From assembly GCF_030028105.1 (NCBI RefSeq), contig NC_092384.1, positions 9,911,423 to 9,975,422 of the forward strand: a stretch of DNA of 64,000 nucleotides, written 5' to 3'. This stretch comes from Mobula birostris. Lineage: Eukaryota. A model generated the notes under the pieces. That model worked only from the letters and a program-made list of their open reading frames with translations. It ran no database searches and was not told the DNA's origin. The stretch's first letter is position 1. Each line of letters opens with the position of its first letter. The position numbers and the translations under genes are program-made. Shown here piece after piece: positions 37,670-50,270 of the stretch.

Positions 37670-38070
37670 ACACCATGGAAGCAGACTATTTGGCACACTA
37701 CGTCCATGCTGACCAATAGATAATCATCTATACTAACGCTGTGTTCCACCACTCGGCCTGTAGTCTTCTGTACCCAGGTGGTTCAGGTACCCTAGACTCT
37801 TTACTTCAGTAGAGTCAGCAACTCTGCTTCACCCTCCCTCAGGCAGTGTATTAACCACTCTGTGTCAGAAAAGTCTTTCAAACATCCACCCCTCCAAAAT
37901 CTCCAATTATGCATTACTCTTAAGGCAGTTCTTCCAATTTTATCTCCCTCTGCTATGGGAAAGGGTTTCTTGCTGTCTACGCTATATACACCCCTCATTA
38001 TTTTATATTCTTCAGTTATGATCTCACTTAACCTCCTCCACTCCAGAGAGACTAGATCCTGAGTTCTCAG
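37670..38070 (-). mobile_element. Degenerate CR1 3' fragment
   Basis: LVSLEWRRLSEIITEEYKIMRG. Confidence 0.65.
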
Positions 38071-38244
38071 TATAAACAAGCCATAAGTAGTGCTAAGGCT
38101 AGCAACATAAAGTTTTCTATTGAAGGCATTCTTTCTGACGCATTCTGCTTTTTGTTAATTTTTCCTTCACAAGATGCCTTCATGGACATTTTAACATTGG
38201 GCAGTTTTTGCATTACCCAATGAATAACTGAAATGGTGATATGG

Positions 38245-38496
38245 TGGCTCACCTAAACCTGGAAGCCTCAGGCTGGAAAGGGTCCTGACTATGTGGAAAA
38301 TATCATATATGGTCCCAGTACCCAAGAAGAGCTGACCAAAAGCCTTGAATGACTACTGCCCGGTGGCCCAGACCTCACACATCATGAAGAGAGGTTGGTT
38401 CTGGCTCACCTCCGACCCCTGGTCCGATCTGTCCTTGATCCCCTACAGTTTGCCTACCACAGGCACATTGGAGTCGACGATGCGGTCATCTACCTC
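38245..38496 (+). mobile_element. Rex1/Babar RT N-terminal fragment cut by the hAT insertion
   Basis: VPVPKK..PKALNDYCPVAQTSHIMK; DPLQFAYHRHIGVDDAVIY. Confidence 0.8.
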
Positions 38497-39607
38497 AGGG
38501 GTCCCCAACTTTTTTTGCACTGCGGACTGGTTTAATATTGACAATATTCTTGCCGACCAGCCGACGGGGGGGTGGGGGTGTGTAGGTTTGCCATGGACAA
38601 GAGTAGCAGTCAAATACGTTGCGTTTACCCCAAGAAAAACTACCAAGATCATGAAGCCTTGCGCGGGCACCAGTGCACATCCGTGACTTGCGCATGCGTG
38701 TACGTGCCGATATTTTTCTACAAATCGTTTTTGGCGATTCTGTTTGGGGGGGGGGTTAATCATGACCGGAATATAGGTGATAAGAGGCTAATACACTCAA
38801 TTTCATTTCTAAAAGGGTTTATCTGACGAATTTAATATTAAACACACAGCGCATATTTTCCTCGCATGAATATAGTGATAAGTCAATTATCAGGGGAGGA
38901 CAGGGGAGCTTGAAGCAACTGTTGAACGAACTTCCAGTAGAAGTGGTAGAGGCAGGTTTGATATTATCACTTAAAGAAAAATTGGATAGGTATATGGACA
39001 GGAAAGGAATGGAGGGTTATGGGCTGAGTGCAGGTCGGTGGGACTAGGTAAGAGTAGCATTGAGCACGGAATAGAAGGGCGGAGATCGCCTGTTTCCATG
39101 CTGTAATTGTTATACGGTTATATAAGTCACTTATAAGTCAATAGCATCATAACATTTTAAGTAATGTTTGGATATTAAACACACAGCACATATTTTCCCC
39201 GTATGAACATATAAAATCATTGCAACACACCAATATCGGTGAATCAGTGGGAGCCCTGGGCTTGTTTTCCTGCAACAAGCCGGTCCTATGGAGGAGTGAT
39301 GGGAGACAGCGATACTCGAAGGGGGTTCTTTATGTCCAGTCTATTCCGCAATTTAGTTTTCGTTGCATTCATTGTAGAGATATATGTTGGAAATGGAAGC
39401 AGCGTTTTCAGTGCTTTCCTGGCTATTTCAGGATTTTCAGCTAGAGATGTTATGTGAAATATACCTTTCAGCCTGCCGTCATTTGCAAGCTCGAGGAGTT
39501 GATTTCCTTCCCACACTGACATGGATGACCCGTGGGTAATTATCTCACGTGCGTTCAAGCTCAACAGTGCGTGACAGGGAATGAGGAAATGTGCAGCTGA
39601 CTCTTAT
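38496..39607 (-). mobile_element. hAT (Charlie/Buster-type) transposon 3' part
   Basis: TIR CAGGGGTCCCCAACTTTTT at the left end; ORF 39286-39564 PEIARKALKTLLPFPTY...TKTKLRNRLD..LRVSLSPITP is a hAT C-terminal dimerisation region; contains a CR1 tail (about 38915-39120). Confidence 0.88.
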
Positions 39608-39986
39608 CACCAAATCTTTCTCTCACTCTCCTTTTTCTCCCTCTGTCCCTCTGAATATACCTCTTGCCCATCCTCTGGGTCCCCCCCCCCCGTCTTTCTT
39701 CCCGGACCTCCTGTCCCATGATCCTCTCGTATCCCCTTTTGCCAATCACCTGTCCAGCTCTTGGCTCCATCTCTCCCCCTCCTGTCTTCTCCTATCATTT
39801 TGGATCTCCCCCTCCCCCTCCAACTTTCAAATCCCTTACTCCTTCTTCCTTCAGTTAGTCCTGACGAAGGGTCTCGGCCTGAAACGTCGACTGCACCTCT
39901 TCCTACAGATGCTGCTTGGCCTGCTGCGTTCACCAGCAACTTTGATGTGTGTTGCTTGAATTTCCAGCATCTGCAGAATTCCTGTT
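39608..39986 (+). mobile_element. Penelope pseudo-LTR fragment
   Basis: Near-exact reverse complement of 19315-19650. Confidence 0.9.
39852..39893 (+). ncRNA. Minimal type I hammerhead ribozyme, core intact
   Basis: cagttAGTC CTGACGA agg-gtctcgg-cct GAAAC GTC GACTg: stem I agtc/gact, stem II agg/cct, predicted cleavage after C39888. Confidence 0.82.
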
Positions 39987-39989
39987 ATT

Positions 39990-42900
39990 TCCACCTGTTA
40001 TCCATCATCCACAAACCAACCCAACTACTACCCTATAACCCCAACACCCACAAACCAACTACAGCTAATACCCTGTCACCCTAACACCCATCAACTAACC
40101 CCCACCACCACCCAGTCACCCAAACACACAAAAACTATTAACCACCACCCTATCACACAAAGACCCATCAACCAACCCCAAACACTTTCCTGTCACAACA
40201 CCCATCACACAACCTAGTCAACACACTGTCACACCAACACCCACAAACCAACACTAAACTCCATCTCATAACCCCAACACACACAAACCTACCACAACTA
40301 CCACCCCATCACTACAAAACCACCAAACAACACCAACCACCACATTGTCACATCAGCCACAAACCAACCCAACCACTGCCCTGTCACCCCAACACCCATC
40401 AACCAAACCCAACCACCACCATCACCACAACATCCATCAACCAATAACCATCACATTGTCACCTCAACACTATCAACTTAACCCAGCCATCACCCTTTCA
40501 TCCAAACAACCATCAACCAAACCCAACAGCCACCAAACAACCCAACTTCCATCCTATCATCCCATCACCCACGAAGCAAACCCAACCACCACACCATCAC
40601 CTCAACACTCATCAACCATCCCCAACCATTGCTCCGTCATCCCAAGAACCAGCAACCAACACCAACCACCATGTCATAATAGCACCTGCAAACCAACCCC
40701 AACCACAACCTTGTCACCCAAAAACCCATCAGCCAACCCCAACCACCAGTCTGTCATCCCAATACTCACAAACGAACACCAAACACCACCTCATTACTCC
40801 TACACACAAAGCTACCTGAGCACCCCCAAATCAACCACAACCACCACCCTGTGACTCCAACACCCACAAACCAACTCCAGACACCACCTTGTCACAGAAA
40901 CACCCATCCTCACTGTCACCCCAACACCCATCATCCAAACCAACATTTGTAAACCAACCCCATTATTCTGTCACTCCAACACACAGAAACCAGTGCCAAA
41001 CGCTAACTTGTCACCCCAACACCCATCAACCCCAACCAGCAGCCCAACATCCACCAACCATCCCGAACCACCACCCTGTCACTGCATAAAACACAGATCA
41101 ACCCAGCCACCATACCATAACCCAACAGCAACAAGCCAACCCCAAACACACCCTATAAACTCAACATCTATCATTCAATACAAACCCCCACTGTCACCCC
41201 AGCATGCATAAATCTACCCTAACTACCATCCTTTCACCCCAGCATCCATCAAAATCACCAGCCACCACCCTGTCACTGCAACACACATCAAGCAACCCCA
41301 ACCACTATCCTATCTCCCCAACACATGTAAACCAACGCCAATCACCATCCCATCAGCCAACCCCAAACACAATCCTGTCACAACACCCACAACATAAAAC
41401 CTAACAACCAACCTGTAACCCCCTAACACCCACATACCATCCACAACCATGTCCCCATCATCCCAACACCCATCAACCAACTCAACCACTACCCTGTCAC
41501 CCTAACACCCACAAAACAACCCAACTAACACCCTTCCACCCCATCACACACAAACCAATCCATACTCCCATTCTGTCACCCCAACACACATCAATCTATC
41601 CCACCCACAATCCTGTCTACCCAATACATGTAAACCAACACCAATCACTGTCCTAACTCCCCAATACTTAAAAACTAAACTTAACACTACCCTCTCACCT
41701 CATCAGCCATCAACCAATCCCAACTACCACCCCATCATCCCAACACACACAAACCAACACCAACCACTACCCTATCAGCCGAACACCAGTAAACCCCAAC
41801 ACCTACAAATCAACCCCAACCATCACACTGTCACCCCAACACTCAAACTAGCACTAAGCACCACTTAATTACTTCTACACACAGAAAGCAACCCCAGCAC
41901 CCACAAATCATCCAGAACCACCACCCTGCAACATCAACATCCACAAATCTATCCCAAATACCACCCTGTCATGCCAACTCCCATCAAAAAACAGCAATAA
42001 CTACACTGTCACCCCAGCACCCATCAACCAACCCAAACCACCATTCTGTCACCCCAAAACACAGATACTAATGCCAGACACCAACTTTTCACCCCAGCAC
42101 ACATCAGTGAATCCCATCAAGCAGCCCGTGATGCCAACAACTACCATCCTTTCATCTAACACTCACAAAGTAACCCCAAGCACCATCCTGTCATCCCAAA
42201 CCTCACAAGCTAACTCCACCAACAATCCCGACACACACTCACCCATAAAATAAGCTCGAACACTACGCTGTCACCCCCACACCCATCAACCACAATTAAC
42301 CACCACACTGTTACAACACCTACATACCAACGCCAACTACCACCCTCTAACTCCATCAGCCATGAACTAACCCCAACCAGCTGAACACCCAGAAACCAAC
42401 ATCAACCACCATGTTTACCATGCCAGCGCCCATCAAAACACCAAACATGACTCTGTCAGAACATCCACCAACCACCAGTCAAAACCTCAACACCCCCAAA
42501 ACTAACCCAAACCACCATGCTGTCACCCATAAACCAACACAAAACATGACTCTGTCACAACATCCACCAACCACCAGTCAAAACCTCAACACCCCCAAAA
42601 CTAACCCAAATCACCATGCTGTCACCCATAACAAAACACCAAACATGACTCTGTCACAACATCCACCAACCACCAGTCAAAACCTCAACACCCCCAAAAC
42701 TAACCCAAACCACCATGCTGTCACCCATAAACCAACACAAAACACCACCCTGTCACCTCAACACCCACAATCCAATACTAGCCACCATCTCATCACACCA
42801 ACACCCACAAACTAACCTCAATCACAACACTATTACACCAACAAACTCCAAACACTACCCCAATACCCCAACACCCACAAACCAGCCACAACCATTATCC

Positions 42901-45810
42901 CAATACCCCAACACCTACAATCCAACAACCACAACCCCATCACCCCAACACCCACAAACCAGCCACAACCACTACCCAATACCCCAACACCCACAAACCA
43001 ACCACAACCACAACCTCATCACCCCAACACCCACAAATCAGCCTCAACCACTACCCAATACCCCAACACCCACAAACCAACCACAACCTCATCACCCCAA
43101 CACCCACAAACCAGCCTGAACATCCACAAACCAACCACAACCTCATCACCTCAACACTCATTAACCAAACCAACGGTATCACTCCACCGTCTACTAACCC
43201 ACCCCAGCCACTACCCTGTCGCTTCAGCACCCTTTAAACAACACTGATCACTCCCTGTCATCCAATCACCCACAAGCCAATGCCAACCTCCACCATGTCA
43301 CCCCCAACATCAATCAACAAACACCAACTACCTCCTGTCACCCCAACCACAACACCAATCCCCACCCTGTCAACTCAACACCCACAAAACAACGTCAACC
43401 ACCACGCTGTCACCCCAACACACACAAACCAACCTCAACCACATCCCCTCACCCAACACCCCTAAACCAACACCAAGCACCACCCTGCAATCCCAACACA
43501 CACAAACCAACCCCGATACCAATAACCAAATCTACCACCCTATCACTCTAGCACCTAAAAACCAACCTTAACCGAATACACTGTCACACTAATACCAACA
43601 AACCAACACCAAACACCATATCAATACCACAACACACTCAAACCAACTCCAATCACCACTCTGTCACCACAACATCAATAAACTAACCACAACCACCAGC
43701 CCACCACCCCAACACCCATTAACCAACCCAATAACCACCCTGTCACCACAACATTTACCAACCAACCCCACCAGAACCCTTTCAACACAACACATACAAA
43801 CCGACCCCAACACCCAAAACCAATCACAACCACCACTCAACATCCCAACACTCACAAAAACTAATCCTAACCACCACACTGTTATCCCAACACCCACAAA
43901 CCAACACCAAATACCATCCTGTCACCTCAACACTCCACACTGAATCACAACCACCACCTCATCACACTGATAGCCACAGACCAACATCAAACACAACACT
44001 GTCACACTAACACCAGCAAACAAACTCTGCATCACACACAAACCAACATGGACCACCACCACAATACAAGACACCATGCTGTCATCACAACACTGACCAA
44101 AGAACCCCAAAAACTACCCAGTCATCACAATACCCAGCAGCCAACCCCAACCACTATACTGTCTCCCCAACACCTGTAGGCCAACACCAATCACCGTTCT
44201 GATATGCCAAAACTCACAAACCAAACCCAACCATCACACTGTCACCCAATCAACCAAAAACCAACACTAACCACACTCCGCCACCCCACCAACCATCAAA
44301 TACCCCAACTACCACCCTGTCACCTCAACATGTATCAACCAACCCAACCACGATGCTGTCACTCCAACACCCTTAAACCAACACCAATCACAACCCTGTC
44401 AACACCACACCCACAAACCATCCCCAGTCACCAACCCCCCACTCCAATACCCTTAAACCAACACCAATCAACACCCCATCAACCCAACTTCTAAAACCAT
44501 TACCAATCACCAACCCCTCACCCTAACACCCTTAAACCAACACCAATCATTATCCCGTGGCCCCAACACCCACAAGTCAACCCTAAACCCATCAACCTAA
44601 CCAATGCCAACAATCCAACACCAAGCACCACCCAATACCCCAACACACAAACTAACCTCAAGCCCCACCCAATACCCCAACACACAAAACAATCCTAACC
44701 AACCAATCCATCAACTAACCAACCTCTAGCCTGCCATTCCAATATCCACCAACCAAATCCAATCATCACTGTCACCCCAACACCCACAAACTGGCACAAA
44801 ACACCACTTTGTTACAAAACACATAAAGCAAATCCAGCCACCACCCTGTCACCCCATCACCCACAAACCAACCCCAACCAGCACCCCATCACCCAAACAC
44901 CATCCACCTACCCAGACCACCATTCTGTCACCCCACCTTCCATCAAATATCACCAATTACCACCTGTCACCCCAACACCCATAAACAACTATCACCATCC
45001 AGTCACCCCAACAACCAACAACCAACCATTAACACCACTCATGTCACCGCAACAATAACCAACTCCAACACGCATCAACCAACCCCTAGCACCACGCTGT
45101 CTGCCCAACACCAACTAAGCAACCACAACCACCAGCCATTCACACCAACATCGAAAAAACAATCCCAAGCACCACCCGGTCACCTCAACACCCATCAACT
45201 GACCCACCCACCACACTGTCAACGCAACACCCATCAACCAACCCCTACCACCATCTTATCACCCCATCACCCACAAACCAACCTTAAACACCACCCTGTC
45301 ACGCCAACACACACAAACCAACATCAACATCCGCACTGTCACCCCAACACCCATCAATGCATCCCAACCACAACCTTGTCCCCCAACACCAACTAAGCAA
45401 CCCCAAGCACCACCCTGTCATGCCAACACCAACACCAACATCTACCCAATCACCCCAACACCCATCAAACAACCCCTAGCACCATTTTGTCACCCCATCA
45501 CTCACAAACCAACCCGACCACCACCCCGTCACCCCAACATCCATCAATCAACACCAAACACCATACTGTCACCCCAAATCTCATGAACCTAACCCAACCA
45601 CCAGACTTTCACAACAACCATCAACCAACTCCAACAACTACCCTTTCACCTGAACACCCATCATCTATCTCAACCACCAACCTGTCTCCTGAACACCTAA
45701 AACCAATCACCCCCCGCACGAAACCCTACACTCACAAACCAACCCTCACATTGTCACCTAAACAACTAAAAAACAACCCCATCTGCCACTCTGTCACCCA
45801 ACACCCACAT
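39990..45810. repeat. Diverged C/A-rich tandem array, unit about 40 bp
   Basis: Recurrent ctgtcaccccaacaccca(caa/tca)accaaccccaaccaccacc over 5.8 kb; G is very scarce on the + strand. Confidence 0.92.
42436..42743. repeat. Recent 99-bp triplication within the array
   Basis: catgactctgtc at 42446, 42545 and 42644; copies nearly identical. Confidence 0.9.
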
Positions 45811-45899
45811 TGATTTTATTGTATTTTTGTTCACAAGGAAATGAATCTCAGGGTAGTATATGATAACATACGCATACTTTGAACCTCAATCTACTTCGA

Positions 45900-46350
45900 A
45901 CTTTGAACTTTTATAATGCAACTAACATTATAAAAAGTAGTTTACAGTGTATTGCAGTGACTGAGGTAATAGATAGAGGGGGCTGGGGGCTAACTAGAAT
46001 GATTGATCAGATTAACTGCCTGGGGAAAGAATCTTTTAAAATGGACTGAAGCTTTCATTTTAATAGCCCTGTGGTGCTTTCCAGAAGGGAGCTCTTGAAA
46101 AAGCAGATTGCAGGGTGAGTGGTGACCACAATACTTCTTTTCCTGTCTGCCTCTTTGTTCTGGACCCATCCGAGTGCTGTAGTGATGGTAGACTGGTGTT
46201 AATGATCTTTTCTGCTGATCTGATGTGTCACTGTCGTTTCTGTATATTGTGAGAGGCTGCTTTACCAAACCAGACAGAAGTGGCTGATGAGAATGCTCTC
46301 CATGATGGAAATGTTGAATTACATCCTGATGTTATGGGGAAGGTAGAATT
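45900..46350 (-). mobile_element. Degenerate Rex1-like 3' fragment
   Basis: HSPCNLLFQELPSGKHHRAIK...FKRFFPQAVNLIN. Confidence 0.7.
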
Positions 46351-46959
46351 TTGACAGCTACAGCTACCAGGGCTCCTGTACTGTACTTGTGGTCTGCCTA
46401 GCTCTGGCCCCAGGGACTCTGTCTGCATCTTCTTTTCGGGTAACTACAGTATCAATGAAATGTACTCAGGGACTCCTGCTGCACCTCCATTCTCCAGGCC
46501 TCCACGTACTGCGTAAAGCCCAGAGTGACAAGCAGTTCCATTCCTCTCACCATCAAGAGGATTCTTCATGGATTGTTTGATGCCAGTAGTTCTATGAGAC
46601 TAGATCACTCCTGCTTTTGAGATCTCGGGAAGGGAACAACCTTGACTGTTGGCACTCACCTCTGTGTCCAAGCTTCAGTGGACTCAAAAGAAGAGACAGA
46701 GAGGTTTTAGGATCAATAGATTACTGGTATCAGTTCTGCTGGTAGCAGAATAGGAATGAATATAACACCACTGGGGGCTCAGACTCTGAAAGCCCCTGCA
46801 ACCAATTACTTGCAATTAACCATCCACTTCCTGACAACACAGTCAAGATAGAAGTATATGATCCTCACATTGGTCTATTTGATTACATGATATTGCACCC
46901 TTGTATTTATCGTCAGATACAGTACGTTGGTCTTTATCTCTATGTAGCCATCACCTTTC

Positions 46960-47265
46960 TTCCAGGGTGGAAATGGCTAATGTGAGTGGGATATATTTTA
47001 GTGATTAGAGGAAATTATAAAGGGATGTCAGAGTTAGTTTTTTTACACAGAGAATTGTGGGTCTGTGGAACACACTGGCAGGGCTGCTGGTAGAGGAAGA
47101 TGCATTAGGGACACTTAATAGATTCTTAGATAGGTACATGGATGATAGAAAAATGGAGGGCTGTGTAGAAGGGTAGGGTTAGATTGACCTTTAAGTTATT
47201 TTAACAAGTCAGCACAATATTGTGGGTCAAAGGGCCTGTACTGTGCTGTACCTTTCTGTTTTCTT
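46960..47265 (+). mobile_element. CR1 3' fragment
   Basis: tttttacacagagaattgtgggtctgtggaac...gaagggcctgtactgtgctgta-like 3' UTR. Confidence 0.7.
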
Positions 47266-47899
47266 AGTCTTGGGTACAACTGAACATTAAACCTTGGTAC
47301 TATTACAGCTTGTTATCAAACTAATTCAAATTGTTTTGAGTTGCAATATCTATTTATTCATTTTTCCAGATGAGGTTGTCATTTGCAAGACCAATATTCA
47401 TCATCCATTCCTAATAGCCCTTGAGAAAGTGGTTGTGAACTCTTCAGAATTGAGTGGGATTCATGTTAAAAGGGAGTAAGTTATGCGAAAGCAGCTCTAA
47501 TAGTCCAGGCTGTCATGGGCCATCATTTCTGCAACAGTTGTAAGTACATAATATCATGGTCCATTGAACTAATCATATTCATCATGAGGAAAGCTCATGA
47601 GAGGACTTAGTGATGCTGCAAGTTAATATGTCAGTCTGTCACCTCTACAACTACTTCATGTACCAACCAGTGGGGCAGCGGGTTATTATGCCAGCCTTTT
47701 ATCTCTGTGCTGGTCAGAGTAGGGGGCTCATGTAGGAGCCTGGCACCCTATGAATGGCTGGGTTAGTGATGTTCAGTGATCAGCATGTCCTGAGATCAAT
47801 GCCGAGGTCAGATCGGAAGTCTGGAAGTGGAGACCCATTGGACAAAGCTGAACTTGCAAAACTCTGCGAGTCTGCTGGGGAACTCGAAGCCCAGTGTCT

Positions 47900-48167
47900 A
47901 CAACTGGTTAGCACAACTCAATCTACAGCTCAGGATGTCAGAGCTGAGAGTTCAATTCCAGCACTGTCTGTAAGGAGTTTGTACGTTCTCTCTGTGACTA
48001 CATGGATTTCCTCTGGGTGCTCCGGTTTCCTCCCACAGTCCAAAGACACACCAATTAGTTGGTAATTGATCATTGTAAATTGTCTAGTGATTAAGCTAGG
48101 GTTAAATAGGTGGGTTGCTGGGCAGCCTGGCTCATTGATCTGGAAGGACCTGTTCTCTAAATAAATA
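47900..48167 (+). mobile_element. V-SINE-like element
   Basis: tggttagc A-box; gagttcaattcc B-box; core GGATTTCCTCTGGGTGCTCCGGTTTCCTCCCACAGTCCAAAGAC; tail taaataaataa. Confidence 0.85.
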
Positions 48168-49584
48168 AGGCTGAGTGCAAATCCGCTGGAGACTAAAGGC
48201 TGAGGAAGACAGCCTGTCCTGGAGTTAAAGTACTCTCTATGAGTGTGGGTGGGAGGAAGGAATGGGACTTGGTTTGCTGCATGCTACATTGGTGCTGGAA
48301 TATGTGGCGACATTTGTGGACAGCACCCAGCCCATCTGCCCTTTGGGTGGAAGGTGAAAGAGTTAATGTACCAGTCTGCACCTGTGAGTAGTTGGTTCAT
48401 GCCTCGGATGATACTTCTGAGAAGGTGTAAAGGGTTAATGTTGCAGTCCATGTGCCCAGTGAATAGGTGGGGCAATGCTTCAGCCTGTCCTCAGTACAGG
48501 AATGAAGTAGTGGATTAAATTATCAGTCTCTACTCTTCCCCAAGGATCAGCACCTTGTCATGGTGAAAGGCTTGTGATCTCACAAAAGTGATGTTGTCTG
48601 GTGTTTAGCCATCTGGCCATGAACTCCTGTCAGGGTTACCCATGGAGTAAGGTTCCAGATAAAGAATGATCCAACCGGACCCTAATGGCAGAGCTGATGG
48701 AAGATGATGTCAAGTCACAATGGCAGCGAAGGTGGAGGAAGGCTGCAGCAGTGAAGGGTCCCTAGTCGTCTTGCACTCCACGCCACTGGATCTTGATCCT
48801 GATCTGTCAAGAACTGTTTGGTGGCTACCTGTGCAAAAGACTACCCAAGTTAAACAAAATCATCCACAGGCACTCTGCGTTACAGGAATTCACCCTAACA
48901 CCCCAGTTATGTGGATCCCGGATCGGCCTTTACAGTCAGCTGAGGATCCGCCATTGGAGAACATCGCACTCGACTTAGAGGTCGCATTATTACTCTGTGA
49001 ACAGGGCTGCAAACGAACCATGTACTAGAAAGCCTGCTCTGTGAATGCTGAAGCAGGTGGGTGGGAGGTAGTTAATGTACCCAGGTTGACTGCCCTTTAA
49101 ATGGGTGGGAGATTCCAAATTCTGGCATTCCTAGCTGAGAATACTGACAAGGGAAATATATGCTTTCATGTGAATGAGCAGGAGTTATGCTGGGGTGCCC
49201 ACCACTTGGTCAGGTGGGCTGTAAAGGTGTGTTGGATTGTTGAATTCACACTACCAAAGTGAACAGCATTCCAGCATTGGCATCCTTCCGCACAATTAGA
49301 CATAAGCCACGAAATCTAGTTACAACACACAACACAGATTAATCATCATCTTATTTTCATTCCCACACCTTAACTTGCATCCATAAACTGAAAGCAGAAA
49401 GGGTCTCTAGTGTCAATGTGGTCACCAGCATGCGGCACCCACCACAGTTAACAGAGGCCAAGCCAGAATCACATCTTCAGGAAGCAGAGGACAAAAGTAA
49501 AGTTCAAGGTGAATTCATCTTTACAGCACAAACAAAACATGACAAATAAATTATCCCTTGTGTTAAATAACTTACAATTCATAA

Positions 49585-50270
49585 AGACAAGCTAATCCGC
49601 AGATGTTGGAAATCCAGATGAACACATATAAAATACAGGAGGAATTCAGCAGGTCAGGCAGTATCTATGGAGATAATGTTTTGGGTTGAGACCCTCCATC
49701 AGGACTGGAAAGGAAAGGTGAAGAAGCTAGAATAAGAAAATAGGGAGAGGGGAATGAGTGCAAGTTGGTAGGCGATCAGTGAAACCAGATGAAGGGCAAA
49801 GTGGGTGGGTTGGGGGGGGCAATGAAGTGAGAAGCTGGGGTCTGATACGTGGAAAAAGGAAAAGCTGAAGAAGGGATCTGATATGTGAGGAGAATAGATC
49901 ATAGGAGAAAGGGAAGGAGATAATGGGCAGATGGGAAAGGAAGGGATAAGATGGGAATTAGAATGGGGAATGGAAAAAGAGAGAAAGGGGAGGGGAGAGA
50001 AGTTACCAGAAATTAGAAAGATCAATATTGCTGTATGGGGCATGGAATTCCAGCATCTGCAGAATCTCTCAGGTTGAAGGAACAACATCTCATATTCTGT
50101 CTGCCCAGCCTCTAACCTGACGGCATAAACATCAAAATTTCCCTATCTTCATATTCTGGTTTCTTTCCCGTTCCTTTTCAATCATGACTAAGGGTGTTGG
50201 CCTGAAAGTTCGACTGTTCGTTCCTCCCCATAGATGCTGCTTGACCTGCTGATCTCCTCCAGCATTGTTA
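49585..50270. mobile_element. Rearranged Penelope fragments in inverted orientation
   Basis: Minus-strand pLTR 49585-50030, short forward end 50046-50070, then forward RLKEQHLIFCL..L*PDG.NI with a decayed hammerhead at 50184-50216. Confidence 0.75.

Noticed and set aside
39990-45810. CRISPR array, telomere tract or immunoglobulin switch region
   Set aside because: No constant repeat with unique spacers, no cas genes, no (CCCTAA)n runs (only scattered ctaaccc), and no Ig segments or AGCT-rich units.
40345-45813. Mucin-like Pro/Thr/His/Asn-rich ORFs
   Set aside because: An expected artefact of C/A-rich tandem DNA lacking stop codons; the ~40-bp unit does not preserve frame and ORFs appear in all frames.
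48550-49000. Possible RTE-type LINE untranslated fragments (also 6090-6300 and 47640-47750)
   Set aside because: Resemblance is only impressionistic, with no coding motif to support it.
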